64,000 nucleotides of DNA from Anaerohalosphaeraceae bacterium (GCA_963675525.2 CAXXSL010000020.1:96001-160000), one strand, 5' to 3'; positions 1 to 10,284 are shown, numbered from the stretch's first letter. Notes: generated by a model from the sequence alone, not told the origin. Program-made: numbers and translations.

Positions 1-1
1 A

Positions 2-1603
2 CTGGAACGCCGGTTCCAACCGGTTACCATTGACCCGCCGACTGTGGAGGAAACCATTGCGATTCTGCGCGGTTTGAAAGACCGTTATGACGCCCATCAC
101 GGCGTTCGCATTACCGATGCGGCTCTCGTTGCGGCGGCAACATTGTCCAACCGTTATATTGCGGACCGTTTCCTCCCTGACAAGGCCATCGATTTGATGG
201 ACGAAGCCGCGTCACGCCTTCGCATTGAGAACGATTCGCTCCCTGCTGAGCTGGATGGGATTCGCCGGGAGATCATGCGGTTGGAGATCGAGCGGGAAGC
301 GTTGAAAAAGGAAACCGATGCCGCCAGTAAGAAGCAACTGGAAAAATGTGAAAAACAGCTTGCTGAACTTAAATCCAAAGACACGGAATTGTCTGCACGC
401 TGGGAAAATGAAAAAGGTGAGATCGATAAAGTCAAGTCACTGAAAGAACAAATTAACACGGCTCAGACGGATTTCGAAGATGCTCAACGCAAGGGCGACC
501 TGGAACGAGCCGCCCGTTTGAAATACGAGACCATTCTCGGCCTGCAAAAAGAACTTTCTGATGCCGAGGAAACCGTCACCAAAGCCAATGGTTCGGCCAT
601 GATTCACAACGAAGTCAACGAAGAGCACATCGCCCAGGTCGTCAGCAAATGGACCGGCGTCCCGGTCACACGTTTAATGTCCGGCCAGCGAGAACGATTG
701 ATGCAGATGGAAGACGAAATCCGCACACATGTCGTCGGACAGGACGAAGCCGTCGCTGCTGTTTCGAACGCCGTCCGCCGAAACCGCGCGGGGCTGGGCG
801 ACCCCAATCGCCCCATCGGAACATTCCTGTTCCTCGGCCCTACCGGTGTTGGTAAAACCGAACTGTCAAAAGCATTGGCTGAGTTCATGTTCAACGACCC
901 GGCCAGCATGGTGCGCATCGACATGAGCGAATTCATGGAGCAGCACTCGGTTGCCCGGCTCATCGGCGCCCCTCCCGGCTATGTCGGCTACGATGAAGGC
1001 GGCAGGCTCACCGAGGCTGTCCGTCGAAAACCCTATTCGGTCATCCTGTTGGACGAAATCGAAAAAGCGCATCCGGATGTATTCAATGTCCTCTTGCAGG
1101 TCTTTGATGACGGGCGGCTCACGGACGGCAAAGGCCGCACGGTCGATTTCAAAAACACTGTTATCATCATGACCAGCAACTTCGCCGGCCAGCAGATTAT
1201 GAAGCTCAGCGAAGAAAGCGGTGCCGACTGGGAGATTGAAGCCCACGTCAAAGAGGCATTGCGAAAATACTTCAAGCCGGAATTTTTAAACCGCATTGAC
1301 GAGACCGTTATTTTCCACATCCTCAAACGCGAAAATCTTGAGAAGATTGTCGAAATACAACTTGGCTATTTAGCCCTTCGCCTCAAAGAACGACAGTTTG
1401 AAGTAGAATTTACCGATGCCGCGAAAAAACAGCTCATGGATGAAGGTTACGACCCGGCATTCGGCGCCCGCCCGCTCAAGCGCGTCATCCAGCAGCGACT
1501 GGAGAACCCACTGGCAACGGAAATCATCGCCGGAAACTTCGCCGAAGGTGATAAAATTCGTGTCGACGCTGACAGCCACGCATTCACATTCGAAAAAATA
1601 TAG
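2..1603 (+). CDS. clpB: ATP-dependent chaperone ClpB, C-terminal part (gene begins upstream of the window)
   Basis: Frame is open from position 2 (LERRFQPV). Contains RFLPDKAIDL, the coiled-coil middle domain, Walker A GPTGVGKT, RIDMSEF, LLDEIEKAH and FGARPLKR. Confidence 0.97.
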   Translation: MERRFQPVTIDPPTVEETIAILRGLKDRYDAHHGVRITDAALVAAATLSNRYIADRFLPDKAIDLMDEAASRLRIENDSLPAELDGIRREIMRLEIEREALKKETDAASKKQLEKCEKQLAELKSKDTELSARWENEKGEIDKVKSLKEQINTAQTDFEDAQRKGDLERAARLKYETILGLQKELSDAEETVTKANGSAMIHNEVNEEHIAQVVSKWTGVPVTRLMSGQRERLMQMEDEIRTHVVGQDEAVAAVSNAVRRNRAGLGDPNRPIGTFLFLGPTGVGKTELSKALAEFMFNDPASMVRIDMSEFMEQHSVARLIGAPPGYVGYDEGGRLTEAVRRKPYSVILLDEIEKAHPDVFNVLLQVFDDGRLTDGKGRTVDFKNTVIIMTSNFAGQQIMKLSEESGADWEIEAHVKEALRKYFKPEFLNRIDETVIFHILKRENLEKIVEIQLGYLALRLKERQFEVEFTDAAKKQLMDEGYDPAFGARPLKRVIQQRLENPLATEIIAGNFAEGDKIRVDADSHAFTFEKI

Positions 1604-1703
1604 GTACGCCAGGTGGCATCGCTTCTGGTCGTAGACCAAAGCGATGGGAGCTAGTCGAAAATGTTTTCCTTGCGGACAAATAAACTAATAATAGAATGCT
1701 CGT

Positions 1704-2219
1704 ATGATTTATGCCTATCTGGTCATCCTGATTTTGCTGAACGCCTGCTGGCTGGCGATGGTGTTGTTTACCCTGCCGGGCAACTGGCTGATGGTGATCG
1801 GCACGTATCTGTTCGCCTGGTGGCAATGGGACAATGGTATTTTCGGCTGGCCGTTGTTGGTTACCATCACAATACTGGCACTTATTGCTGAAATCATCGA
1901 GTTCTTTGCCGGTGCCGGCGGCGCGAAAAAAGCCGGGGCAGGCTGGTGGGGAGCTTTGGCAGCGATTGGCGGTGCCATCTTCGGTGCACTGGCCGGAACG
2001 GTCATCATCCCGGTTCCCCTGTTCGGAACCATGCTGGGCGCCTGCTTCGGGGCCGGACTGGCAACCTGGATTGTCGAGCGTATTTCCGGCAAGGAACAGG
2101 AACATTCCGTTCGCTCCGGCGTCGGTGCAGGCAAAGGCGTCCTCATCGGGACACTCAGCAAATTTGCCGTCGGCTGCCTGATCTGGCTGCTGGTCACGAT
2201 TGCGGCTTTCTGGCCGTAA
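1704..2219 (+). CDS. DUF456 (YqgC-like) membrane protein
   Basis: Hydrophobic and Gly-rich; LPGNWL and AGAGGAKKAGA motifs. Confidence 0.75.
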   Translation: MIYAYLVILILLNACWLAMVLFTLPGNWLMVIGTYLFAWWQWDNGIFGWPLLVTITILALIAEIIEFFAGAGGAKKAGAGWWGALAAIGGAIFGALAGTVIIPVPLFGTMLGACFGAGLATWIVERISGKEQEHSVRSGVGAGKGVLIGTLSKFAVGCLIWLLVTIAAFWP

Positions 2220-2288
2220 CCTTTCTTTTTTCTTTCGATTTAAACAATTTCTGCTATAATCCCGCATTATCATTTTTCTGAAAGAACG

Positions 2289-3128
2289 ATGGCTAAGAAT
2301 ACAATCGACATCCTGTTTGAAAACACGAATATCGTGGTGATTAACAAGCCGACGGGCATTTCCGTTACGCCCGACCGCACCGGTGCGCTGGACATCCAGC
2401 AGCTTTTGGCCCAACAACTGACGCTGGCCGAGCCGCTGCGTCTGATCCACCGGTTGGACAAAGACACCTCCGGCGTGATGCTTGTCGCCAAAAACAAACA
2501 GGCCCAAAGCCGCTACAGCCGTCTATTTGCCAAACGGCAGGTCAGCAAACTCTATCTGGCTATTGTCAACGGACCCCTGTCCTATGAACACGGCTCCATC
2601 AAAGACCCCATCGCCCGCAGCAAACGCAACCCGCAGGCCATGCACGTCCACCCGCGTCTGGGCAAACCGGCACATACAGTCTGGAAACAACTGGCCGATT
2701 TCGGGATCATGTCGCTGGTTGCCGCCCAGTTGGTCACCGGTCGAACACACCAGATCCGTATTCATTTTTCACACCGCGGGATGCCGCTGGCGATCGATCC
2801 GGTTTACGGTTCCAGCCAGCCGCTGATGTTGTCATCTTACAAAAACAGCTATCGTCCCAAGCATGATAAAGTTGAGCCGGCAATGATCGACCGCTTGACG
2901 CTGCATGCTTATCAATTGACGATTCCCGTCGGTCCCGAAGAAACACAGGAGATAAAAACGTTTGTTGCTCCGCTGGATAAAAAATTTGCCGCCGCGGTCA
3001 AACTGTTGACCAAGCACACGAAAAAGGACGCAAAAGGATTCAGCGAAGAAACGGATTTTCAGAAAATCCTCGCCGCGGCCCCGCTCGATTACCCGTACAG
3101 TCTTCCGGAGAATGAGAATGATGCATGA
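2289..3128 (+). CDS. RluA/RluD-family pseudouridine synthase
   Basis: VINKPTG, HRLDKDTSG (catalytic Asp), TGRTHQIRIH and LHA motifs. Confidence 0.93.
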   Translation: MAKNTIDILFENTNIVVINKPTGISVTPDRTGALDIQQLLAQQLTLAEPLRLIHRLDKDTSGVMLVAKNKQAQSRYSRLFAKRQVSKLYLAIVNGPLSYEHGSIKDPIARSKRNPQAMHVHPRLGKPAHTVWKQLADFGIMSLVAAQLVTGRTHQIRIHFSHRGMPLAIDPVYGSSQPLMLSSYKNSYRPKHDKVEPAMIDRLTLHAYQLTIPVGPEETQEIKTFVAPLDKKFAAAVKLLTKHTKKDAKGFSEETDFQKILAAAPLDYPYSLPENENDA

Positions 3129-3657
3129 CAATGTTTTAGTCAGCGATGAGCAATTAGAGCAAATCGTTTGCGGCCTTGCCGAGGAAGTGTCGTCGGCCTA
3201 TGAAAACACCGACAGTCTGCTCGCACTGGTTCTTCTCGAAGGCGCCAAATACTTTGCCAACGACCTGCTGTCAAAAACGGACTTGCCGTTTGATGTGGAA
3301 TATCTCAAAGTCTCCAGTTATTTCGGCACTGCCTCTACGGGAACAGTCACTCTTGAAGGCCATGACGACTTGCCGGCAAAAGTCAGGAATAAAAACATCC
3401 TTGTCATAGATGATATCTATGATACCGGCCATACGCTCTCCAAACTCCTGGCGTGGTTAAAGCAGTGCGAACCCCAAAGCATAAAAACCTGTGTCTTGCT
3501 GGAAAAACGGATTGATCATGACAAGCAGGTTGTGATCGATTTTCTCGGCACCACAATCGAAGATGTCTTTGTCATCGGCTATGGGATGGACTATGATGAC
3601 CAATACCGCGAATTGCCTTTCATCGCGGAGTTGTCCTCAGAACTCATTGAAGAATGA
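3112..3657 (+). CDS. hpt: Hypoxanthine phosphoribosyltransferase (start may be 3118 or 3121)
   Basis: PRPP-binding motif ILVIDDIYDTGHTL, VSSY loop, FVIGYGMDY..YRELP. Confidence 0.92.
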   Translation: MRMMHDNVLVSDEQLEQIVCGLAEEVSSAYENTDSLLALVLLEGAKYFANDLLSKTDLPFDVEYLKVSSYFGTASTGTVTLEGHDDLPAKVRNKNILVIDDIYDTGHTLSKLLAWLKQCEPQSIKTCVLLEKRIDHDKQVVIDFLGTTIEDVFVIGYGMDYDDQYRELPFIAELSSELIEE

Positions 3658-3663
3658 GGCATC

Positions 3664-4554
3664 CTATAATCCATAAACGCCCAGTTTTCCTGAATCCTGC
3701 ACCGGCGTTGATTGGGTAGGATTCTGCAGCGAGCGATTGTAATAGGGCATGGCTTCATGCAGATTATTTTTGATGTTCTGGATGCGTGTCTCACCGGCCG
3801 GGTGCGTGCTCAAAAATTCCGGCATCTGTGCACCCTCTTTATCAGCCGACATACGCTCCCAGAATCCTACCGCTGCTTCGGGATTATACCCGGCCATCGC
3901 CATAAAGATCAGCCCCAACCGGTCGGCTTCATTTTCATGGGTCCGGCTGTACGGCAGCATAAGTCCGACTGTCGCCCCGATTCCATAAGCGGTCATGAAT
4001 GCTGTCCGCTTGCTGGAGGATTCATCCTTCATCGACTGGTCCAGCGCCACACCGCCGGCCGTTACCAGCAAGGCCTGGCTCATGCGTTCGGAACCGTGCT
4101 TGGCGATCGCGTGCGCGATTTCGTGCCCCATGACAACCGCTAATCCTGCATCGTCCTGCGCGGTTTCCAGAATGCCTGTGTAGACAACCACTTTGCCACC
4201 TGGCATACACCAGGCATTCTTGTCTTCGCTCTCGACCAGGTTGAATTCCCACTTATATCCGGCAATGCGGTCGTTCATATAGTTTTCGTTCATGTACCGT
4301 TCGACCGCATCGGCAATCCGGACTCCAACTCGCTGAACCATTGCCGTCTTTTCGGCATCTGTACTGAGTTGGGTCTCAGGGTTTTTTAAGAAAGCATTGT
4401 ATTCCGACAATGCCATAGAGTTAATAAGCGAATCCGGCAAGAAATTAAGCTGCTTGCGGCCCGTGATCGCCACATTCGTGCACCCCGCCAAAACCATCAT
4501 CAAAAGACACGCTAATATCATGATATGCTGCTGAAGGGTCCGTTTCATTGCCAT
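3664..4554 (-). CDS. M48-family metallopeptidase lipoprotein
   Basis: Lipobox LAGC, NAWCMPGGK, HEIAH zinc motif, YSRTHENEAD, FLSTHP. Confidence 0.92.
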   Translation of the reverse strand: MAMKRTLQQHIMILACLLMMVLAGCTNVAITGRKQLNFLPDSLINSMALSEYNAFLKNPETQLSTDAEKTAMVQRVGVRIADAVERYMNENYMNDRIAGYKWEFNLVESEDKNAWCMPGGKVVVYTGILETAQDDAGLAVVMGHEIAHAIAKHGSERMSQALLVTAGGVALDQSMKDESSSKRTAFMTAYGIGATVGLMLPYSRTHENEADRLGLIFMAMAGYNPEAAVGFWERMSADKEGAQMPEFLSTHPAGETRIQNIKNNLHEAMPYYNRSLQNPTQSTPVQDSGKLGVYGL

Positions 4555-4638
4555 GTTCCTTAAAAAAGGCTATTGTTCTATTGTATCTATCCATTAAACC
4601 CCAAACCGGTTCATTTTAGCAAGTTTTTTTCGCAAAAT

Positions 4639-4668
4639 TATACCAAAACCGCCCCTTAAAGCGTTATA
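4639..4668 (+). promoter_or_regulatory. Putative autoregulatory ECF promoter of cassette 1
   Basis: TATAC-N18-CGTTATA; the same layout occurs upstream of the other two sigma genes. Confidence 0.55.
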
Positions 4669-4686
4669 GTAGCGAAGGCCTTCTTT

Positions 4687-4717
4687 CTTGTCATTCCCGC
4701 GAAGGCGGGAATCCAGA
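4687..4717. repeat. REP-like palindrome CTTGTCATTCCCGCGAAGGCGGGAATCCAGA
   Basis: ATTCCCGC/GCGGGAAT hairpin; exact 31-bp reverse-complement copy at 62164-62194. Confidence 0.85.
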
Positions 4718-4744
4718 TATTTGGAATCGGAGTACTCAAAGAGG

Positions 4745-5281
4745 ATGCAATCGGATAAAAAATTGATTCAGCAGATGAAAAACGGCGATCAGGACGCCCT
4801 GCGCATTCTCTACCTCCGGCATAAGGACTTCCTGCTGACGTTGGCAAACGCTCTTTTACATGATAGATCCCTGGCCGAAGATGTCCTGCACGATGTATTC
4901 GTTAATTTTACGCGAAACATCGGCGATTTCCATCTGACCAGTAATCTGAAAAGCTATCTGGCGGCGTGCGTTGCCAACAGGGCCAGAAGCCTGCTGCGAA
5001 AACAAAAAATCCATGCGGTGTCAACGGATTTTCAAGTGGAACCGCAGGCATCCCTATTAGATTGTCCGGTCCAGTCGCAGGAAACAGCCGCACAGATTCG
5101 CATGTCTTTGGCAAGTTTGCCGGATGACCAGCGGGAAGTCGTGGTGTTGCGGGTCAAAGCCGGTCTGAAATTCAAAGACATTGCCCGACTTCAGCAGACC
5201 ACGATTCCCACTGTCCAGGGGCGCTATCGCTACGGAATCGATAAACTGCGGTCACTCTTAAACGGAGAACTCGGAAAATGA
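4745..5281 (+). CDS. ECF RNA polymerase sigma factor 1
   Basis: GDQDAL, AEDVLHDVF (region 2), LPDDQREVVVLR..GLKFKDIA, TVQGRYRYG (region 4). The ORF-track extension from 4688 is translated REP. Confidence 0.92.
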   Translation: MQSDKKLIQQMKNGDQDALRILYLRHKDFLLTLANALLHDRSLAEDVLHDVFVNFTRNIGDFHLTSNLKSYLAACVANRARSLLRKQKIHAVSTDFQVEPQASLLDCPVQSQETAAQIRMSLASLPDDQREVVVLRVKAGLKFKDIARLQQTTIPTVQGRYRYGIDKLRSLLNGELGK

Positions 5282-7071
5282 GACCGACAGAGAAAAACAT
5301 AGAAAATCTGATACAAAACCTAAATGACCCAACCCGGCCGGAACTGGACCGGAAGATTTTAGAGGACTGTTTCGCTGAACTGGACAACCAAAAATCTTCA
5401 CCTCCGGTTTCAAGCCCGAATATATGGAGTGTTATCATGCACAATAAAATAACAAAACCAATCGCGGCAGCGATTATTATCATTGCAGGTTTCTTCGTCT
5501 TAACATTGTTCAATAATACAATCCCGAAAGCGTATGCGTTAACAGATACAATCGAAGCATACAAGTCCATTCAATGGCTTCATGTTTCCCTGACCAAAAT
5601 ATTTTCCTGGGGAGAAGAACGAACGACTGAAGTCTGGGTCGAATGTGATAAACAGGGAAATACGACAAGGATACGCGGACAAGTAAGCACCGGAGGTTCT
5701 CTCGTAGGGCCGATCACGATTACCAATAATTTTCAGGACGAAGATGTCTGGCTGCCCCAACACAACCTAAGGTTTCTTGGATACAGCAATCCGGAATCCC
5801 TTTTGCCTTATGACGCTTCAGAACTGGATCCGAAACTGCTTTTTGAAACATTGACTGAGCAAGAAAAACGGGGGCAGGCTATTGTAAACATTAATGAGCC
5901 CCTTGAAAAGTCAGAGCCGATTACGGTTACCGTTACTTATCCGGCCGGAAGTAAGTCTGAAAGTCGGAAAAAGGTCTTTTACATCGATCAAGCCACAAAA
6001 CTGGTCACCCGGATTGACAAATATGAATTGAACGACCAGGAACCGCGTCTTTACCAGACACGGGAGTTCTCTGACTACAATCAACCCATTAATCCGATGA
6101 TGTTCACACTAGATGATGAGATTCCCGAGAATGCACAAACAGTTGATATGACGGGGATGGAAGAAGGGCTGGCCCGGGGGAATATGACCAAAGAGGAAAT
6201 TACGATAGAAGTGACGCGGCAATTCTTCGAAGCGGTCATCACCGGCGATTATGACCGGGCCGGAAAACTTTATTTGGGGGTTCCGGGTATTCTGGTCGAG
6301 AAGGGCTTTATGGACGCTCAGATTTTGAAAATTCTCTCGTTTGGTCCGGTATATCCTGATCCGGACCCGGATTCAAACACAATGATATGCTCATGCAAAC
6401 TCCTGGCCGAATTCGATGGTGATTATTATGAGGCGGATATATATGAAGTGTTTGTAAGGCCGGCCTCCGGTCAGCCGGATAAATGGGTGATTTGCGGAAC
6501 ATCCTCATCGTACGCTCCTGCTTCCGGGTCTGTTATTCTATCACACGATGGAGTCAATCTTGATGCCGTTACGTATCACGGACTTGTGCCGAGAGAATTG
6601 ATGCAAAAGTGGCTGCTTCTTGACGCGATTCGTATCGAGGTACGCGGTGATACACTGTTCCCCTCCGAGGAAACTCAAAAAATCGAGTTTGATACGAACC
6701 AGATCGATGTCAGTCAATTTGAGCCACGGGTCACAATCGGTCAAAAGGATTATCATTGGTCTTTACTTGAGAATGACTATGGTACAATTAATCTTTCCAA
6801 TGTCGATGAAAATTGGTATCTGATTACTTACGCCTGGGCGCAGATTGATATGCCTGAAGAAAAACAGGCTGTCTTGGGTATTGGTTCTGATGACGGAGTT
6901 AAGGTTTGGCTCAACGGCGAGTTGGTGCATGAAAACTGGACTTCTCGCGGTGTAGGAATCGATAATGACCGCGTTCCGGTCACCTTTAAGAAAGGCATGA
7001 ATCAACTTGTCCTTAAAATCCAGAATGGAGGCGGTCCCTGGGGCTTCTGCTGCCGAATGCTGGAAGAATAG
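5278..7071 (+). CDS. Putative membrane anti-sigma factor 1 with large extracytoplasmic region
   Basis: ATGA overlap with the sigma gene. Short cytoplasmic N-terminus, one TM helix, LolA-like module (FYIDQATKLVTRI), C-terminal GIGSDDGVKVWLNG beta-domain. Confidence 0.75.
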   Translation: MRPTEKNIENLIQNLNDPTRPELDRKILEDCFAELDNQKSSPPVSSPNIWSVIMHNKITKPIAAAIIIIAGFFVLTLFNNTIPKAYALTDTIEAYKSIQWLHVSLTKIFSWGEERTTEVWVECDKQGNTTRIRGQVSTGGSLVGPITITNNFQDEDVWLPQHNLRFLGYSNPESLLPYDASELDPKLLFETLTEQEKRGQAIVNINEPLEKSEPITVTVTYPAGSKSESRKKVFYIDQATKLVTRIDKYELNDQEPRLYQTREFSDYNQPINPMMFTLDDEIPENAQTVDMTGMEEGLARGNMTKEEITIEVTRQFFEAVITGDYDRAGKLYLGVPGILVEKGFMDAQILKILSFGPVYPDPDPDSNTMICSCKLLAEFDGDYYEADIYEVFVRPASGQPDKWVICGTSSSYAPASGSVILSHDGVNLDAVTYHGLVPRELMQKWLLLDAIRIEVRGDTLFPSEETQKIEFDTNQIDVSQFEPRVTIGQKDYHWSLLENDYGTINLSNVDENWYLITYAWAQIDMPEEKQAVLGIGSDDGVKVWLNGELVHENWTSRGVGIDNDRVPVTFKKGMNQLVLKIQNGGGPWGFCCRMLEE

Positions 7072-7104
7072 GCGACAAAAACAGAATACATCATTCACTG
7101 ATTC

Positions 7105-7136
7105 AAGCCGGACTTCTCTAAGTCCGGCTTTTTTTT
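7105..7136 (+). terminator. Rho-independent terminator
   Basis: AAGCCGGACT/AGTCCGGCTT stem followed by a T-run. Confidence 0.9.
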
Positions 7137-7166
7137 GCAAAAAATCTATAAAATATCACTTTGATT

Positions 7167-7196
7167 TAGACTAAAATACCCTTCTGAGATGTTATA
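7167..7196 (+). promoter_or_regulatory. Putative autoregulatory ECF promoter of cassette 2
   Basis: TAGAC-N18-TGTTATA. Confidence 0.55.
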
Positions 7197-7238
7197 TTGG
7201 CAGCAACAGTTGCTGAGAACTATTTCGATCGGTCAAGT

Positions 7239-7781
7239 ATGTTAGAAGATAAGCGGCTTATTTGGAAAATGAAGCGTGGATGTCCCGAAGCGGGCCTGCA
7301 GATCTACGAGAAATATAAAACTGACCTGCTCAGTTTGGCGGCTGTTCTTTCACATGATAAAAGTATTGCTGAAGACATCGTGCATAGCGTATTTGTCTCT
7401 TTTGCTGATAAAATAGCTGACTTCGAATTGCGAACAAGCTTAAAGAGTTATCTGGCAATCTGTGTTTCAAATCGTGCCCGAAATGCCAACAAGCTCAAAT
7501 TTCGGTCCAATGTAACACTGGACAGCACGATTGAAATGCCATCTCAACAACCCGGACCTGATGATCAGGCAACAAACCGGGAAGATCTGCAACGACTGTC
7601 AGAGTTTATGAAACTGCTGCCCTACGAACAAAAAGAGGTTATTGCGTTGCACTTGAAAAGCGGCATGAAATTCAAAGAAATTGCCAAACTTCAGAATGTT
7701 TCAATCAACACCGTCCAGAGCCGATACCGGTACGGACTGGACAAATTGAAATCCCTTTTTAATGACGAGGTGATTCAATGA
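7239..7781 (+). CDS. ECF RNA polymerase sigma factor 2
   Basis: Paralogue of sigma 1 (AEDIVHSVF, LPYEQKEVIAL, TVQSRYRYG). ATG 7239 aligns with the paralogue starts. Confidence 0.92.
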   Translation: MLEDKRLIWKMKRGCPEAGLQIYEKYKTDLLSLAAVLSHDKSIAEDIVHSVFVSFADKIADFELRTSLKSYLAICVSNRARNANKLKFRSNVTLDSTIEMPSQQPGPDDQATNREDLQRLSEFMKLLPYEQKEVIALHLKSGMKFKEIAKLQNVSINTVQSRYRYGLDKLKSLFNDEVIQ

Positions 7782-10117
7782 AATCCCTAAAAGATATAGA
7801 ACGGTTAGTCAGCGAGTTTCAGACAAAACCCAGTCAATCAATGGACAAGCGAGTTGAAAATGATGTTCGCAACACCATTGAAAACCAAAATAAGAAAAAT
7901 GCGGCTGTCAAACAGCCGAACATATGGAGCCAAATTATGCACAGCAAAACGATAAAACCCATTGCGGCAGCGATTATTATTGTGGCGGCTGTTTTGGGGT
8001 TGACCCTGCTTGAAAGAACTGTCTCGCCGGCGTATGCGGTTGAGCAGACGGTTGAGGCGATGCGCGGTGTACAAAACCTGCGCCTTACGATTGCAAACGG
8101 TCCCAAACCGATGGATATGATCATGTTAATCAATCAACGGACCGGGCGGGCCGATCACATCCGGATGGACGTGCCCGATTCCGGCGATATAACAATTACG
8201 ATTCCCGGCCAAACGTACGTGTACAACAAACAGAAAAATGAAGTCACATTCCTTCCGCAGGAACTGCTCCGGAACGACCTGAACTTTAAGGATGTCATCA
8301 ATTCGTTAGTTGAACAGACCAACGCCGCTGAAGGCCGGATTGAAATTTTGAATCAATTCAACGATCTGGCGGGCAAAGAGGTCATTTCCGTGAGCATTAT
8401 CCGAAAAAACGAGAGCATAGCCGGCCAGTTTCTGATCGATCCGGAGACAAATCTTCCGATTTATCTCGGCATGGACGCCGGTGGCCAGTTCAATTACATG
8501 GGACCGATTGAATATAATATCAATTTATCCGGCGATACGTTTGATTTCATTATTCCAAACGGAGCGACAGTCACGGATAATCGCCCCGAAGAATTGAAAG
8601 CCCAAAATCCAAAATCGTCCGAAGACGCCGAATTTAATCTCCTCGAAACGGCAATGGCTCTACAGTCGGCGTACAATGGTCACGGAATACTGATCGATCG
8701 CCAGGGACGGCGAGTTGAAGTATGGGCCGAAATAAATCCCAAGACAGGCATGATGGGAAAAGGACGCCTGGAATATGAGGACGGTGGACTGTACATTATG
8801 GCTGACGGCAAAACCTATTTCGAAGATGACGGTATAGTCGGACTCAAAGACGGACACTTCTTTGCCTCAAATATTATGTTCAACAACTTTATTGCTACTG
8901 CCGCCCAGCGCATCGGTGATCAGGATGTGATGACTGTCGAAAAAACATTCAGCGATGAATTCAGACGAGAGGTCATTGCTGTCTCGGTCAAACGTCCCTG
9001 GGTTCATCTGGATGCCGTCATCGACCCGGAGACCAAACGTCCGATCAAGTTAAGTGTTCCGTTTACAATGGATAAAACGGAGATTTTGGATTATACCGAG
9101 TTGATTGAGTACAATGTAGATCTTCCGCCGGGCTGTTTCGATTTCGAAACCGGCCCCGATGTCCTGATTCTTGGTAAAGATCTGGACACGCAATTTTCAA
9201 ACGACCCCGATTACGGAATGTCTTATGACGATACGGAAGACATCCAGCAGGTTTGCCGACGGATTGCCGAGTGCTATCTGCAGGCCAAAATTGATGGCGA
9301 TATTGAAATGATCAAAAATCTTCATCCCATCCACATCAATCGGTACGGCAGTAATAAAATGATCGAACAGTCGGAAATTCAGGAAATATCCTCAAACGGA
9401 AAAATTGTGGAGATACTGGATTTTAAGCCTGCATACGAATATCGCCCCAGGCAAATGATGGTCCCCTGTAACGTTATCAAAGACCACTCCGGCCAACATC
9501 AGGAAATTCTCGTTGGAGTGATTGTTTATCTTCGCCAACATCATGGTCAAAAGTCAGCCGTCATTACCGGTTACTATCCCCGACTTTTAGGTAAATTCAC
9601 GGTAACCCCGGACGGGGCCGATCTTGGCGCCGTAACGTACGATGGGCTTGAACCGGGCACATTGATGCAGAACTGGCTGGTAATGGGGCCGATCCCGGTT
9701 GAAGGCAACCAGGAGGCTCATCGTATTGCATTTGATACCCTCCACATCAATCCTGCTTATTTTGAGCCGACGATATATATTAATGGAAAACCGAACCAAT
9801 GGCGTCTGCTCACCAATGAAATCGGTTTCATCGATCTGACCCGCCCGTTCCAGAATATCATGGGAATTCTTTACGCCTGGGCTCAAGTCGAAATGCCTGA
9901 AGAAACAACGGCCGTACTGGGCATCGGTTCCGATGATGGTGTCAAGGTCTGGCTCAACGGTCAATTGGTACATGAAAACTGGGTCAGCCGCGGCGTGAAC
10001 GTTGACAATGACCGAGTGCCGGTTACCTTCAAACAAGGCACAAACCAGCTTGTGATCAAAATCCAGAATCAAGGCGGCGGCCCATGGGGATTCTGCTGCC
10101 GGATGCTGGAAGAATAA
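7778..10117 (+). CDS. Putative membrane anti-sigma factor 2
   Basis: ATGA overlap, one TM helix, two LolA-like modules (IDPETNLPI and IDPETKRPI), C-terminal domain highly similar to anti-sigma 1. Confidence 0.75.
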   Translation: MKSLKDIERLVSEFQTKPSQSMDKRVENDVRNTIENQNKKNAAVKQPNIWSQIMHSKTIKPIAAAIIIVAAVLGLTLLERTVSPAYAVEQTVEAMRGVQNLRLTIANGPKPMDMIMLINQRTGRADHIRMDVPDSGDITITIPGQTYVYNKQKNEVTFLPQELLRNDLNFKDVINSLVEQTNAAEGRIEILNQFNDLAGKEVISVSIIRKNESIAGQFLIDPETNLPIYLGMDAGGQFNYMGPIEYNINLSGDTFDFIIPNGATVTDNRPEELKAQNPKSSEDAEFNLLETAMALQSAYNGHGILIDRQGRRVEVWAEINPKTGMMGKGRLEYEDGGLYIMADGKTYFEDDGIVGLKDGHFFASNIMFNNFIATAAQRIGDQDVMTVEKTFSDEFRREVIAVSVKRPWVHLDAVIDPETKRPIKLSVPFTMDKTEILDYTELIEYNVDLPPGCFDFETGPDVLILGKDLDTQFSNDPDYGMSYDDTEDIQQVCRRIAECYLQAKIDGDIEMIKNLHPIHINRYGSNKMIEQSEIQEISSNGKIVEILDFKPAYEYRPRQMMVPCNVIKDHSGQHQEILVGVIVYLRQHHGQKSAVITGYYPRLLGKFTVTPDGADLGAVTYDGLEPGTLMQNWLVMGPIPVEGNQEAHRIAFDTLHINPAYFEPTIYINGKPNQWRLLTNEIGFIDLTRPFQNIMGILYAWAQVEMPEETTAVLGIGSDDGVKVWLNGQLVHENWVSRGVNVDNDRVPVTFKQGTNQLVIKIQNQGGGPWGFCCRMLEE

Positions 10118-10155
10118 ACCTCCCAAAACAGATATAGCGATTTATTGCTAAATCT

Positions 10156-10186
10156 AAGCCGGACTGTATACAGCCCGGCTTTTTTT
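10156..10186 (+). terminator. Rho-independent terminator
   Basis: AAGCCGGACTG/CAGCCCGGCTT stem plus T-run; related to the terminator at 7105. Confidence 0.88.
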
Positions 10187-10215
10187 ATGTAAAACTCGGA
10201 AATTTTGAAAATTTC

Positions 10216-10245
10216 TATACGAAAACCCCGTCCTGTACTATCTTA
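10216..10245 (+). promoter_or_regulatory. Putative autoregulatory ECF promoter of cassette 3
   Basis: TATAC-N18-TATCTTA. Confidence 0.5.
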
Positions 10246-10284
10246 TTCACAGACAATCGATTGTTTCTATAGAGAAGGCCGGAT

